Notes: a model not told the origin generated them from the sequence alone. 64,000 bases of DNA from Paramecium tetraurelia (GCA_000165425.1 CT868241.1:372001-436000); one strand, 5' to 3'; positions 1-13,966 are shown, counted from the first letter of the stretch. Made by a program: numbers and translations.

Positions 1-123
1 ATAAATGTTTTACTTGACTTTCCAATTTCTACTTACGCCTTATAATTTGTTCTTTTTAATTCAGTTTCATGTCAATTATTTTATATTTTATATTGATATT
101 AAAATTCATTCTATTAATTCCAT

Positions 124-1959
124 ATGTTAAACCCTGTCTCAAAGTAAATCATAATCAATCACACTTACTATAACTTGTACACTCTCTTTCCTTACCCAAT
201 ATTAGGACTTAGAATTTAGATTTTCTACCTGAAAAATGTTTAATTTTGATTTAAATGTGATTAAAACAAATGGTAATAAAACTCTTCCCTAAGAAGCCCT
301 CGCAAATACTTAAATCACATTGAGATTCTCTTATAAAGGCTATTTTGATCAATCTTGACATCATCCTTATGTAGAGTAATCAAATAATAAGGTAGTCTAC
401 TTATAGAGTTTAAATCGACTAGAATCATAATAAGCATGGCCAATCTATTCACTTGAACCAAAATTTATTTTATTTTGAATAGTATCATTTTGACTATATT
501 CTATATCTTTTAAGTTTATCATTCATTGAAAATATCCTTCTTCATTTTCCATTTCGAATTCCTTCTACTTGGCTCCTACTTATTATGTTAGAGCATTTAA
601 TCTGAAGTAAACTTCAATAACATCATAATTCCTCTTTCATATGTAATTGTCACCATAACTCCTTTACACCCATACATTTATTTGAATATCCACATGATTT
701 CTTCACCTCCTATTAAGTATCTTAATGATAGATCTATATAATTTGTAATTTATTCCCTTTAAAATCACTTTTTTTCTTTCCCATTATAAATCTAAGTTTA
801 GTTAATTAATTAATTGTCTAACAGCAACTCTCATGTTACAAAAACAAAAGAATTAGAAATCCCTTATTTTAGAACTTGACTATGAAGCCGAATACAAGTC
901 AATAATGAGTTCAACAAAAATGACTGAATAAAAAATAATATCTAAATTTGTTGATTTATATGAAGAGGTGCTTGTTTAAATCAAAGGTTCCCAAAATCTA
1001 GTATTTCATATTTGAATAATTAAGTATTTAATCAATAAAATGGCTAACTTCAAGAGTGGGAATGTTTTTAATATTGATGTATTGTAGTCGAATTTCAAAT
1101 ATCTAATCACATTGTTAATTCAAGAATTAGTATACATTTACCTATCTATATTTAGATTTAATTTTAAAGGCAAGTGGATTCCCAAAACGTTGAACCCAAT
1201 AAATCGAATAATCTCGAGTTAAATTAAATAAAACTAGACCTCTAAAAATTAAAAAATGTAATACTTTTTTTATTGAAAATTAAAGGACAACACCCACTTG
1301 TAATATAAAATTAAGGAACTTGAATAAGAATTATATCAATAGAAACAGCTAAATACTACCATATGCCAAGATTTGTTAGAGGCAAGGCAAAAATATTAAG
1401 TAAATATGATAAAAACCTCTTTATTAAGGAATTATAAAAGAAATATAATTAGGAGACCCAAATTAAATAATCAAAATCCTTCCATACATTCTATGATCAA
1501 AATATAAAAGAAAAACTTAAAAAATTACATACGATATACTAAATTGACAAATCCTTAAATAATAAATCAATAATAAACAAAAAGTAAAAATTAACGATCA
1601 TGACCGAACCTTGTGATTCCGATTCACAGTATAGCAGGTACAGCACGATTATACAACAAAATAATTCCCAAAATGACAAAACCAATAGCAGAAATATACA
1701 AAATCAAACCATTGAAAGTAAACTTTTTATTAATTATTATTTAGCTGTCACATCGGTTGGAACCGAAAATAATTATATATCTGATTCCTCTTCATGTCTT
1801 CTAAGTAGTAGTTTTTATAAGAGGAGAGAGAAATCTAACACCCTCTCGTTTGAGTTGTCCCAAGAATTGTATTAAAATATTAAGCCCGCATCCCATCAAG
1901 GTCTTCCCATTAACTCTAAAAAATAAAATATATAAACTTAATTTAGCCGATAATTGTGA
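124..1959 (+). CDS. hypothetical multi-intron protein; 5' exon structure unresolved
   Basis: Long frames open in the ciliate code (e.g. ...SLILELDYEAEYKSIMSSTKMTEQKIISKFVDLYEEVL...), several 22-29 nt GT..AG introns, continuing into track ORF 1600-1875 and a TGA near 1959. The start codon is uncertain. Confidence 0.45.
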
Positions 1960-2014
1960 TTACTAATTTATTTATATTAAATATTAATCATTCATACTCA
2001 CTAATTCGAAAATT

Positions 2015-2341
2015 ATGAATTTCAACATAGGACCTAAGCCTAGTTTTAACATGCCTAAATAGATATAATGTCTTAAGGAAGAAAAACCATATTCTTGTGT
2101 GGAAGTAGAAAGCACAGATTGCTTTAAGAACGAAACAATTATAAAAAATGTTAGTTTTGCTCCAACTATTACTATCTTCCTAAGATTTCAAGATGAAGAC
2201 GTGGTTAAATTCAAAGATAGACTAAGAAAATAGGTGTAATAGACTAAAGAAACCTTTGATTTTCATCCATCTCTTGACAAACCAAAAAAGAAAGGATAAC
2301 TTAAGTCTTGTTTAAAATCCATCATTGAATGGGATGTTTGA
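2015..2341 (+). CDS. 108-aa intronless protein with RVxF (KNVSF) and SILK-like (KSCLK) motifs
   Basis: ATG 2015 to TGA 2341 = 109 codons with TAA/TAG read as Gln: MNFNIGPKPSF...IKNVSFAPTITIF...QLKSCLKSIIEWDV*. Confidence 0.7.
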
Positions 2342-3116
2342 GAAATTTCAATGAAGTACCTTTTTGATTTACTATATATATATACCTTAATTATAAATTA
2401 AACGAAGTAAAGTTAATGCTCTGGAATTTACTAATCCCTATTTTTAGCCATTTTCCCAAGAAATTCATTTTTGAGTTGAAAAATGTATTTTTATATATTG
2501 GAATCCCATAACCTCCTCGTTTATTCATGATCCAAAAAGTTATTCACCATCTCTGAATGGGATTTTATAGGTTCATAACATTATTTGAAAACTTAAGCAA
2601 GCAATTAAATATAGTATGAAGAGCAAAAAATTAATTATTAACACACCATAGCAAATTAATAATATAGGAATTATTCTAAACACAATTAGAACAATATGCT
2701 GACATTTATAATTATACAATATAGAACTGGACATAAATGCTCACGACCTTAATGTGCTTTAGGGAAAGGCATCATTTTTAATAGGATAGATATACTCAAT
2801 TATCCATTAATAGATTCATATTTTCATTCATTGGAAAAACGAAAATTCCTTGCTTTTTAATATAGGATAGTATTATAAATATTTTTATTTATGAGATTCT
2901 ATATTGATTAATAATAATAGGAAAATGTACATGGTAATAAGTTTGTATTTTTAATTTAATTCATTTATTTGATTAAAAAGATTTTATTTAATCTGAAAAA
3001 ATTGATGATTAAAAAACTTAAATTTTATATTTATTTATTATTTCATGAACTCATATGATTGAAACGATGCAATTGGAATATAAAGTAAATGTATACATTT
3101 TAATGAATAATCAAAC

Positions 3117-4413
3117 TCATATACAAAAGTCAATTAAAAATTCATCACTTAACTCAGCTTATTCTAGCTTAAGTTTAGGATTTTTTTATGAGAAAGAGCC
3201 TGGCCAATATTAGGTGGACGAGACACTTTTGGGTAAGAATCCTAAAGTTTTGTAACTTTTCGCAATCAATTCAGAACAAAAATAAGTTCTGTTAAACTAT
3301 TTAGCAGCCTCTAAGTTTACATCTCCAAGAGTAGTTGAGTTTTACAACAATAATTTAGAAGGAGCACAAGAAAATTCTTTACCCAAATTATTAGTGACAA
3401 AATCTAATAGTTTCGTTTTAAAAGCTGCTGATCTATTGGCCTTGAGTCTTCTATAAACTATTCTAAAATGATAGGATATGGTATTGGATACTTTTCATAT
3501 AGCTTATACCATTCTTTAGTGTTGAAAGTCTTCCATTCGCAGAGACTTACTCCGTTGGTTGGAAGTGATTCGAATATAAAGAGTCTGTCTGGTTCAATTT
3601 TGATTAGTAATCCAATGTGATCATAATCATTCTGAGTTAAGGCACGCTGGAGTTAACAATTAAAGCTTTTCCCTCTGAATAGCAATAAATCACCATCCTC
3701 AGCTTCCTCATCGAGCTACTAAGCTGATATTCGTTCATGCTAAAGTAAATAGATGGTATACTATACTCTCCAGAACTTTTCATAGAGACACAGAGATGTT
3801 AGTTTGTTGAGTGTTCCAAAGGAATCTTGCAAATGCAGTTGAATAATCTGAAACCATTTGGTTGTTTCTTGGAAATTGGAACCTTTGAATTGGAAGACCT
3901 TTTCAATTTTGCCTACGGGTTTGATTCTATTTGGGTAATACTGAATTAGTACATAAATTCAATAACATTTCCTTATTTATCCTTAATATCAATTAGTTAA
4001 TAAGTTTAAACATCAAAATTTAGTACTCCTTCCAATTTGTGAGTTTCTGCAGAAAAGTATCTAAAAACTCTGTTTATAATTGAACACTATCTTAATTTAT
4101 AACCTTAAATCCAATGAGGACTCTTTTTTAGCAGTGCTCCAAAAAATGGTTAGATTGCATTTCTGTGACTAATGGCCACGTTATCATTTAATTTACTAGA
4201 ATACATTAGGGATTGATTGTGAATTAATAATAAGGAGAGATGATTGGGATTAGAATTGGTCTCTTTGGTTTTTTGGATCTGATCTGATAATGATTCTCTA
4301 AAGTCTTTGCAGTATTAACTATTAAGGTTTGCATCTTTAATAAATTTTTCATTTTTTAGGAGCAACTCCTTGTCATTAAATTCTCTCTATTGGAGATTGG
4401 TTAATGAATCCAT
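3117..4413 (-). CDS. permuted papain-like NlpC/P60 (YiiX/YebB-like) protein with upstream PH-like segment
   Basis: GDLLLFRGKSFNCQLQRALTQNDYDHIGLL (His), IVYRRL, NLGKEFS and TYFCSELIAKSYKTLG (Cys after His, i.e. permuted order). An upstream helix FKGSNFQETTKWFQII is PH-like. Confidence 0.8.
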
Positions 4414-4445
4414 TATATATATAATATTAAATGTTTTTGTTAATC

Positions 4446-5662
4446 TCAATTTAATTAGAGTCTTTCTCTAAGATATTCCTTAAGAGTAACAATCTTATCT
4501 TGGATGTGATCTGAAATTCTGGAAATCAAGTCCTGTAATTGCACTCTAGATTGAGTTTCCATTTAATAAATGTCTTGTTATTGTCTGCACCATTGGTCTT
4601 ATCCGTCTAAATTGGACTAAAAGGAGTAAAACGAAATAAGGTTACTTGATTTCTCTCTACCTCAGCAGCATGGTATTCAACTTTGCCTTAGGATTCCTCG
4701 ATGATGCTTTGGTAATTTAAGATGGCTTGTTCAAGGTTCTATCTTTAATCGGACCTGAAAATAAGATACAAAATTACAAAGTGTTTCTTTCATTGGTTAA
4801 GTCTGACAAGAACTATTACCAGTTCAAACTTTATTGTTTTTCAATATCTTCATCACTTGATTTGCTCTCTACAATTTGGACTCTCAAATTGGCCAACAAT
4901 TGAAGCACCTTCTTGGCTGTATCTGAGTCAGATTTAGAGGAGAGTTGAGTCATCATAGTTAGAATTGGTTAGAACAATAATCCGCTGGATGTTGATTGAC
5001 TAATATTAATGTGATGATCATTGTTTACCTCTACAATCTGGACAAGACTTTGTTAAATCTTCCTTTGACTTGAATGAATGAAGATCCTCCTGATAAATGC
5101 TCAATCAAAGCGTAAGCTTCATCGATGGCTGAGATGGCTTCAGTGTGATCCTTGATTTTGGATTGGAATTCAGCATATTGTAAATCTCTTTCGCTTTGTC
5201 CTGCATTTGTTTTTTTGGAGTTCTCTTCGATTTCAACAGACACTTCAGCGATTTTGTTTAATGATCTTTGCAAATTGTTTGTATTCTCATCCACAATTTT
5301 AGTGTGGGCTTTCAATTGGCTTTGATGATATGCCAAATTAGTAGAGAAATCATGAAGCAATCTGTTACATGAGGCTTGTGTATTTTGGATGTAAAGATCA
5401 GAGTCTTTTTGTTCTTATTCCAACATGAATCTAATTATAAATACAAGGTAGAACCTGATGTTATTGATATAGCTCTGAATTTCATGCACTGGTGATCCTG
5501 TGGCTAAACTAATTTAAATGGCATTCAAGAATGTTTTTCCCATATGATTGTTGTCGATTTCTGCAAGCACAACTTTTGGATCTGCGGCCAATTTGCTTAA
5601 TGCCTTTAATGATTACGAAGTCTTAATACCAAACCAATCAATAGCGCTATAACGATTCTCAT
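4446..5662 (-). CDS. trichocyst matrix protein (TMP) precursor
   Basis: Signal peptide MRIVIALLIGL, GKTFLNAIQISL, two helical halves each with a Cys (ASCNR, QWCRQ), central SSFIQ motif, five tiny introns. Confidence 0.85.
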
Positions 5663-5691
5663 TTTTGTATATAATTAATTAAAAACGAATT

Positions 5692-7020
5692 ATGCTTGTG
5701 CTCAAATTTAATGATATAATCACAAATCAGGTTTAACAATAATAACAATAATACTAATACTTCAAGATCATCCTCTCTCGATAGTCCAATCAGCATTTTC
5801 AGATTAAGAAAGCATACACAAAATTCTCAGGTCGCTGGTCTAAGGCAAGCGATTCCGAGAGATAAATAGATTATGTCCAAGAGAATTTGGATGTCAATTT
5901 GGTTGCCAAATTAGTTAATGCATTCAATGGCATCGAAATCATCATCAACACACCCTAAGAACTCTATGAAATGTATCAAATACTGCATTTCTTTCAGATT
6001 CAAGAACTCTAAAGTCAAATCGAAAAGTTTCTAATACAAGACAAATCCAACATTTTGATTGGATACCAATTGTCTGAATTGTATGAAATCGATTCCCTAT
6101 CCAGCTTCTATTTTGAATATTTCAAAGAATATGGATTCTTGGGTATTTTAAATAAAAAATTTGATACAGAAAAAGCAAGAAAACACATTTACAAGAATAA
6201 AAACAGACTAGTTCCACTTCATTATTTATACTTATAAGCCAATCTATTCAAGAAGTTGCTCATACTCCATAACAATCTAGCAATACTCAATTTTGATAAA
6301 AACAAATTTCTAGATTAGTTTTAGATTGCTTTATTAATAAGTGAATATTGTCTAACCAATGGTTATGATCGAATTAAATTATAAGAAATCTTCTCTGATG
6401 CAGTCATTAAGGAGTAAGTAACTAATGAATAGAAATAAATTATTTTGATAGAATTCGAGAAATAATATAAAAAAAATCAAATGAGAACAGTTTCAAGCAT
6501 TTCCTAATCAGAAGAAGATGATTTATCAGATACCACAATAGAAGTAAAACATAGAACCTCTGAAGTTATGATCTCCCAAACTCCAATCATAGAACCTATT
6601 GAAATATTTAGAGGCAAAGAGTTAGATCTCAAATTACTTATTGGATTAAAGAATTTATAATTTCATTTTAAGACCAAGCATACTTCATTTGGATTCTACG
6701 TATCAAAAAAGATAGAGTTAAACACATAGATATTTGATGAACAACTATAGCTAGTCAATTTGAATACTAAAGTATAATTAAATACAAGCCTAAGAGAGAA
6801 TTGGATCAGATTTGATGAAAATACGTTAAATGAAAATAAGTTAAATGTAAATAATAGACTAATAATCTAACGATCGAAGGGAATATGTAGATATGAAGAA
6901 GATGTAAATGAACCTTAAGGCTAAATTAGATTAACAGGATGTCGAAGTTTCATAATAGAAGAAGTTTAAGTATTGAACACTTGTTTCTTCGTCCTTTCTT
7001 AAAATAGGGGTTGGTAATGA
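5692..7020 (+). CDS. BTB/POZ-like protein, possible degenerate C-terminal TLDc
   Basis: 443-codon intronless frame. N-terminus has BTB-like LVNAFNGIEIII...ELYEMYQILHFFQIQELQSQIEKFL; C-terminus has IFRG...FKTKHTSFGFYVS...FIIEEVQV. Confidence 0.6.
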
Positions 7021-7039
7021 AATATAATTAAATTTTTTA

Positions 7040-7645
7040 TTATAATTCTTAAATTTAATAGTAAGTGGACAAATTGCTGATTTATCTTCAAAATTTGGTA
7101 ATTAAATATAATTCTCATTTCTCTATTTAACTTCAATATCTACCCTTGTTTCACTGAGAGTCTTCTCATAAGTTGTCTGATTTAATTTATTGTTTCTACT
7201 AAGTTATTCTTTCCTATCTATCTTCATAATCATAGTATATTAATATTTAGAGTTAATAATCTTTTAGCTTCACTCAACTCATTTTCTATTTTATTCAATT
7301 AGTACTGGAGTTTGAAATCATTCATAGATTATATTCCTTATTTCAATCATTAATAAACTGATATCTTCTCTGATATCCAGCAATCTATTTAGAAATATCT
7401 TAAATAAGCCATATGAAATTAAATACCGTTTCAGCAGTTATTGAATTTGTGAAGAAATTAACTCTAAAACACCAAGTGGAAATAAGCCCGATAAATAGCT
7501 CTTTCATTAGTCAAATATGGTAGTTCTCTCTAAATCTACCTAAAATCTGATAATTTAAACAGTACAATTAATAATTCCTACTATAAAAAAATTAATAGAA
7601 TCAAAGTATATCATATATAGTTGCTGTTTACTTTATTTTTTTCAT
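7040..7645 (-). pseudogene. possible decayed coiled-coil gene
   Basis: Coding-like segments (LQYQLNKIENELSEAKRL; YEKTLSETRVDIEVKQ) lie in different frames separated by TGAs that I could not explain with clean introns. Confidence 0.3.
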
Positions 7646-8230
7646 TATAATTTAATAAAATATTGAAATTTTTTAGGCTAGATCCCAATCTAAAAATATC
7701 TTTGGAAAATACAAAAATTTATATTACTAGAGTTAAGCCAAATAATTAAATTTAATGTGATAAAATTTCCCTTAGAAAATATATTCATTTTCTTCTTTGG
7801 ATGATCTTCAGAGGAAGGTTAGAAAAATTCATAAAAAAAAAAAAATCAATCTAAATTTAATTTGTTAAATTGTAAGCAAGTTTTAAGAGTGCGGTCAGGA
7901 AATTTAAACAATACTCTGGAATTAAAATTTTTGAGGAATTGCTTTTCCTAAGATTACATCCTCCATAATATGATCAAATGCAAGAGCAAGTAAATGAATA
8001 TTCTTGCATTCAAAGAAAACAACAGAATTATTATGGAAATTAGAAATAATGCATAATCTTTTCATCTATTCACTTGAGAAGTAATCCTATAGTATTCTTA
8101 TTAAAAAGCCAAAATTAATTTCATTTATTAAATGAAAGTATTTATTATGCTTGTTTAAGGTACTCTCTAATCATAGGTGTGAATGGGACTACTCCATATA
8201 TTCTGACATAAATTATTATTTTATATAAGT

Positions 8231-8853
8231 TCATTTAAAAATATTGTTAATAATCTAAGCAACAACTTCCAATTATTCGTCTTCCTCTAATTATTCAAAT
8301 TTTTAGATCTCTGAATTTGGTATTGATAATTCTGTGTTTGATAAATAGTATTGAATCACATTTTTATCTTCTTCCTTTAATATTGACTCTTATGTAGCAT
8401 TATAGATTATCAATAAAATATCACTAAATTGTGGTTTTAAATGCTCGATGCAATCTTTTACATCATCTTTGACAATCTGATTGCTTACAATTACGAGGGT
8501 GTTTTGATTCGATATAGTCTGATTGCAATTGGAAACCTTGGTCGTATCGCTTAACTAATCAAAATAATCGAATTCTTCTTGAGATATCACTTTTTATTAT
8601 TTAAAATCATACCTAGTAGGTGGGCATTCTTTTTGTGAAAGCCTACGTATTTTGACTATATATTATTACTTTATTTCTTAACATTCCAAAATAGTAGCAT
8701 AATTATACATGTGAATGCTAAGGTTGCCCCAAAATATATCAAGTTATTAACATGAGTTTTTTTATCTGATTTGAGAGGTCCCAATTTGGATTCGTTTTTT
8801 TCCTATTTACTAACCTCGCTTATAAATTCTGTATTTTCTTCATCCCCTATCAT
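8231..8853 (-). CDS. 199-aa hypothetical protein with one TM helix
   Basis: MIGDEENTEF...LIYFGATLAFTCIIMLLFWNVKK; one 23-nt intron removes an in-frame TGA, leaving 600 coding nt. Confidence 0.7.
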
Positions 8854-9152
8854 TTTAATTTTAATTTATAATAAAAGTGATGTTCATATTGTGCTATAAA
8901 CATTTTTGGTCCTTCAAGACATTTTGGAGTGAAAATCATTTTCAAAGATAGAGAGAACCAATTCAATTTATTCAAAACATGAAAAGATTCTTAATAATTA
9001 ATTATCAAAACCCATAACAAGTTTTCGTTTATTTATAAAATAAATTTTAATTATTCTTTCAATTCATTTAGAACATTGTATTGTCTTGAGTTTATATTCT
9101 TTTTGATAAAATTAGCAATTACTTTTTGTATATTTTAATATAATAAAGGAAA

Positions 9153-11226
9153 ATGAAATTAGATGAAATAAAAAAATGCTTTAATTCTGAAAATCACTAT
9201 AAACAGACGAAACAAATCAAAGATTATATTTTAGAGAACAACACGTAAGAGCATCACTAATAATAAAGTGAAATAACTAAAGTAGCAATTCAAGCAGTAG
9301 GAAATATTTTGGAAGACACTAAATCGTTACCTATTTAAAAAGTCTTATCTACAAGAGTACAATATTGTCAAATATTCAGTTAGTGAAAGAAATAATGGAT
9401 TGTCATATTGCGTTGGTTATTGAAAAAGTATAAATTAAAATCATTCCGATTTATGAACAAACTCTAATAAGTTATTGCGACAAAGGACAAAAGCCAAAGC
9501 AATACTTTTCTGATCAACCTGGTAGATGTTATATATTTATTTTAAAGATGAACAACTAATGGTTCTTAGTAACACATTTATAAGATTGATCAGTGAATCT
9601 GTTTTTGTTTGGAATATTTGGCATCCAGTTATAGAAGGATAATAATCAGCTTACTCAAGAGTGTAATAAAGAAGATTTTAATTTTAGTTACAATATATTG
9701 GTTGCAAAAGGATTGCAATTTCCTAAACTATTTTATTTTAATTCTTAAAAAGTGAAGGAATTCTATGTCCACTCAAAGGAATAAATGCATAATTCTCCAT
9801 TCGTGTACTCAAATAATATTTAACCTGATTTCTTCTACATTAAAAAAAGATTAGATGTAAATCAATTCTAATAAAGTGATCTCATTATCATTAGGAACGA
9901 ATTACTCTGTAAGTAATTAAGATTATCACTTTTAGCATTAAAAAACAGTGATCTCAATTCTAGTTAAGAAAAGTTCATCAAAAACTTTGAAATAGCTTAT
10001 AAGGACTTTGAAAAAACTTAAAGATTTGATGAACTTTAAATAACGATCTAATCAATGTAAATATTTGCTCTTAATTTTTACAGTTGTTTGGAGTTTGATG
10101 ACGAAGTGTTTGATAAATAAGCAGCCATAGATGCATTTTAAAAGAGATTCCAATCAAATTAGAGCAATTTCACTCCTTCCAAATTACATGTAGGTGCTGG
10201 TGGATATTCGACTGATAAAATTAGTCAATTTTTATCTCATGGAAGTATGAGTGTAATTCATCCATTTTTATTGTCTTAGTCTTAAAATTCATCGCCTAAT
10301 AATAATTAAAAGCAGCAACTGCAAATTTTAAATGAAAAAAATAGAAGAATCGAACAGTTATTGTTAGAAAACTCTCTTTTGTAGAAATAAATAAAAAACT
10401 TTGAAGATTAGATTCACACTTTAAAACAAAATCTATCTTAAAATAATGAATGAGGATTAATTAATATTTAAAGAAATATATTCTAATTTGCAATTATGAT
10501 TTAATTAACTAAAGAGCATCTTCATGACTAAAATAAGAAGCTTACAGAAGAGAATCAAAGACTGGAATTGGTTGTCTACAGTCTCCAACGATAATTGTAA
10601 AATCTTGGATCTTTCATAGAAAGAACAAAATTGTTACAAGAGCAAGTTGATGAGCTCAACCAAGAATTGGGAAATGTCAGAAGAGACAACATTCAATTAC
10701 AAGAGATCATAGTCTCCTTGTAATCTCAGCTAAGCTCAAACATTAAAAACATTCATCTTGAGAAACATCTTAATGAATTGGAAGTTAATAAGAAAATCTA
10801 AGAGGAATAACTAAATGTCCTTACTAAAGAAAATGCTAGACTATAGAAACTGGTGAAAGACTATAACAATAAACAAATTTCTAATATTCAATCATCTGCG
10901 GCTAAACTAGTTGAAATTGGAAATAAAATAGATTTAAAATTAGGTGATTAGCCCCACAAAAGAATGCTTAGCAATCCTACATTATCAAGTCCCAAAGGGA
11001 TCTCTAAATAAGTATATCAAAATTTAGTTCAGTAACTTTCTAACTAGAGCACCGAAGAAAAGTCACTCTTTGCTTCTCAGTATTTATTATAATTATATAA
11101 CGTAGAGCAAAAATCAAACTTAAAGATTCGAATATGTTCTCTTAAACAACATATAAACTATCAGGATTTCAGGCTCTCTAATTAGATTCGCCTTTACCTT
11201 CGATTTCTAACCTAACCAAAAAATGA
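9153..11226 (+). CDS. VHS-like N-terminal domain plus long coiled coil
   Basis: Helical N-terminus ending FIRLISESVFVWNIW...YNILVAKGLQFP (VHS-type Y..L...G..FP), then Q/E/L-rich heptads; multiple tiny introns. Confidence 0.65.
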
Positions 11227-11773
11227 TTATAATAAATTAAAATTATTCGTAACATCTTGTGCTTACTATAAGATCCAAGAATCAGTTTATTATTCATAAT
11301 ATTACTAATAAAATAATGCTAAATGTAGGTACAATTTTGTACTCATCTATAGATATATCAAAAAGAATTTCATTCTAAAATAAAAATCATTTTAAAATGA
11401 TATTATTTCTTTTATACTTTAAAAACTGTTTCATGAAATATTTCTCATAATGATTTTTAGAATATCAACGTTCATTATAAACTAATTATTTACTGTAACT
11501 AAATCGAAGAAGAAGTGTGGAATATTCATTATAATCTTAACCAAAAAAAATGATGTCAATCAAAATCATAGAATGAGTGCTTGTTACATTTGCCATAAAA
11601 ATTCATCCCATTTAAGGATTCAATTTTGGATTTCTTGAGGTTGTAACTCAAAAGAACAGAACTTCAATGCAGATTCCTTTTTGCTTATCTATTATGCAAT
11701 TAGCAAATATTTTTATTATGATTGTATTATACGATTAAATGTAGTATTCAATATTTTCTCTAAATTTAAAAAT

Positions 11774-13966
11774 ATGCAAGCACCAGGCTTAACAAAACTG
11801 CCTAGTCAATAGAAAGTTCCTAAGTATAGACCTGTAAGATTGTAAAACAAATTTAGTCCATCAATATAGACAATTTGATTGCCATTTGCACAGGGAAACT
11901 CAAGAATTGCCCAAATCATAAGAAAGCGCTTTATATTCGTGCATCAGCTTATATTAAGAAAGGAGAGTATTAAACAGCCATACAAGATTGCAATAAGCTT
12001 CTTGAGACTGACGGAGAGAACGTAGGCGGATATTATTTGAGAGGTATTAAAATTTGAAAATGAAGGATGTGCAAATGAAAAATTGGGTTAAATAGATTTA
12101 GCTATTGAAGATTTTTCAAAAGTGCTCTCATTGGATGAAAATCATGTTAATGCAGCATTTGCTCGTGCTTCATGTTTAAATTTGAAAGGGGACTTTGCTG
12201 GAGCTATTGAAGATTATACAAGAGCCTTGGAAAAGGACAATGCTAAATCTCTTAACCTGTCTAATTCTATCAATAAGAGGTCTTTGCTGAGGAATAGTTC
12301 TATGAAAAAGGATGAGCCCTATCCTAAGACTGATGCATTTTAATTTACTACTAAAAAGAATAAATATTAGCAACCTGAAGAAGATGATTTGATGAATCCC
12401 CAGAATGATGAGGAGTACCTATAGAATGATCAATCCCAAATTTAAAATTAGCCTCAGTAGACTAGCTTTATGAGTTAGAATCCTCTGTATACAAGCATCG
12501 ATGCAAATGAATTGAATATACAAAGGCCATCCCAAATAATTGACAAAGAGATATCGTAACCAATGTAATAATAATTGATATCAATGATACCAGAAAACAT
12601 CAAAAATGATAATAAGAAAATCTCAGATTGGTTTCATTCTCAGGGTTTTGAGGCTAGGAAAAAGGAAGACTTTATAAAAGCAATAGAATTTTATACCATG
12701 GCTTTGATGTTTAATCCCAATCATTTTAAATCGATATTCAATAGAGGTATAATTTGAATTCATTCTCTTGATAGGTTTTGCTTTTGATAAGCTCAGAATG
12801 TACAATGATGCAATCAGCGACTACACGAAGGCTATTGAATTGGATTCAAAGAATGCTTATGCATATTATAATAGAGGGATTTCCTACGATAAAAAAGGAG
12901 ATTACAATTTGGCAATCAAGGATTTCGCAAAATCCATAGAGCTTGACCCGTCAAAAGCAGACTTTTATCATAATAAAGGATTTGCAATGAAAAAAAAGAA
13001 TTTAATCAAAGAAGCAATATTAGAGTTTAATGAATGCATTCGGTTGGACAAAAATCATTTCAAAGCTTATTATAATAGAGCAAATTGCTATGAGAAGTTG
13101 GGAGACTTTGATAAAGCATAATAAGATTATTTGATTGCTAATAATGTTGTTCCGAATAACCCAAACACTCTAACTCATATTGGTATTTTGATGGACAGAC
13201 AATAAAAATTAGAAGAGGCACTCAAATACTTCAACTCGTAATGAATTTAATTTCATTCTTAGATCTCTGAAGATAGATTAGAATTATGCTCCTGCATATA
13301 ATGGAAGAGGGTTGGTTTTTGATAAAATCGGCGAATTTGAAAAAGCATGCTAAGATTTTAATAAGGCAATTGAGATAGAACCATAGAATCCAGTCTATAT
13401 TCATAATAGAGGATGTTGTAAGAGGAGCATGAATAAGTTTGAGGAGGCTTTGGAAGATTTTAAGAAAGCCTTGTCTTTGGATTCCAAGAACCCTATTATT
13501 TACTCAAATATGGGATTAGTTTTGAGGAAGATGGAAGACTTTGAAACTGCAGCATATTGTTATTCACAAGAATTAATTTACTCTTAGGAGAACACAAGAA
13601 CTTTAAATAACAGAGGGTACTGTTTGGCCAAGTTGGGTTAGTTTGATGAAGCCATAGCTGATTATACTAAGGCAATAAAATTAGATCCTGTGAACATTCA
13701 TGCAATATATAACAGAGGGATTTGTAATGAGAGGATTGGAGAATTTCGTAAAGTAAAACACAATTAAATATAAAGGCTATAGAGGATTTCTCTTAAGTAA
13801 TTCACTTGTAGAACGACTAAGGGGCTAATGCTTATTTCAACAGAGGATGTTGCTATGACAAGTAAAATGATGATAAAATTATACTAGTATTGGAGAAATG
13901 GATCTGGCTATAGCTGACTATTCTAAAGCACTTGAAATAGATAATAAAACTAGTAAAGTCTCATGA
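11774..13966 (+). CDS. tetratricopeptide repeat protein
   Basis: Many TPR units (AYAYYNRGISYDKKGDYNLAIKDFAKSIELDP and others) in two arrays separated by a low-complexity linker. Confidence 0.92.
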
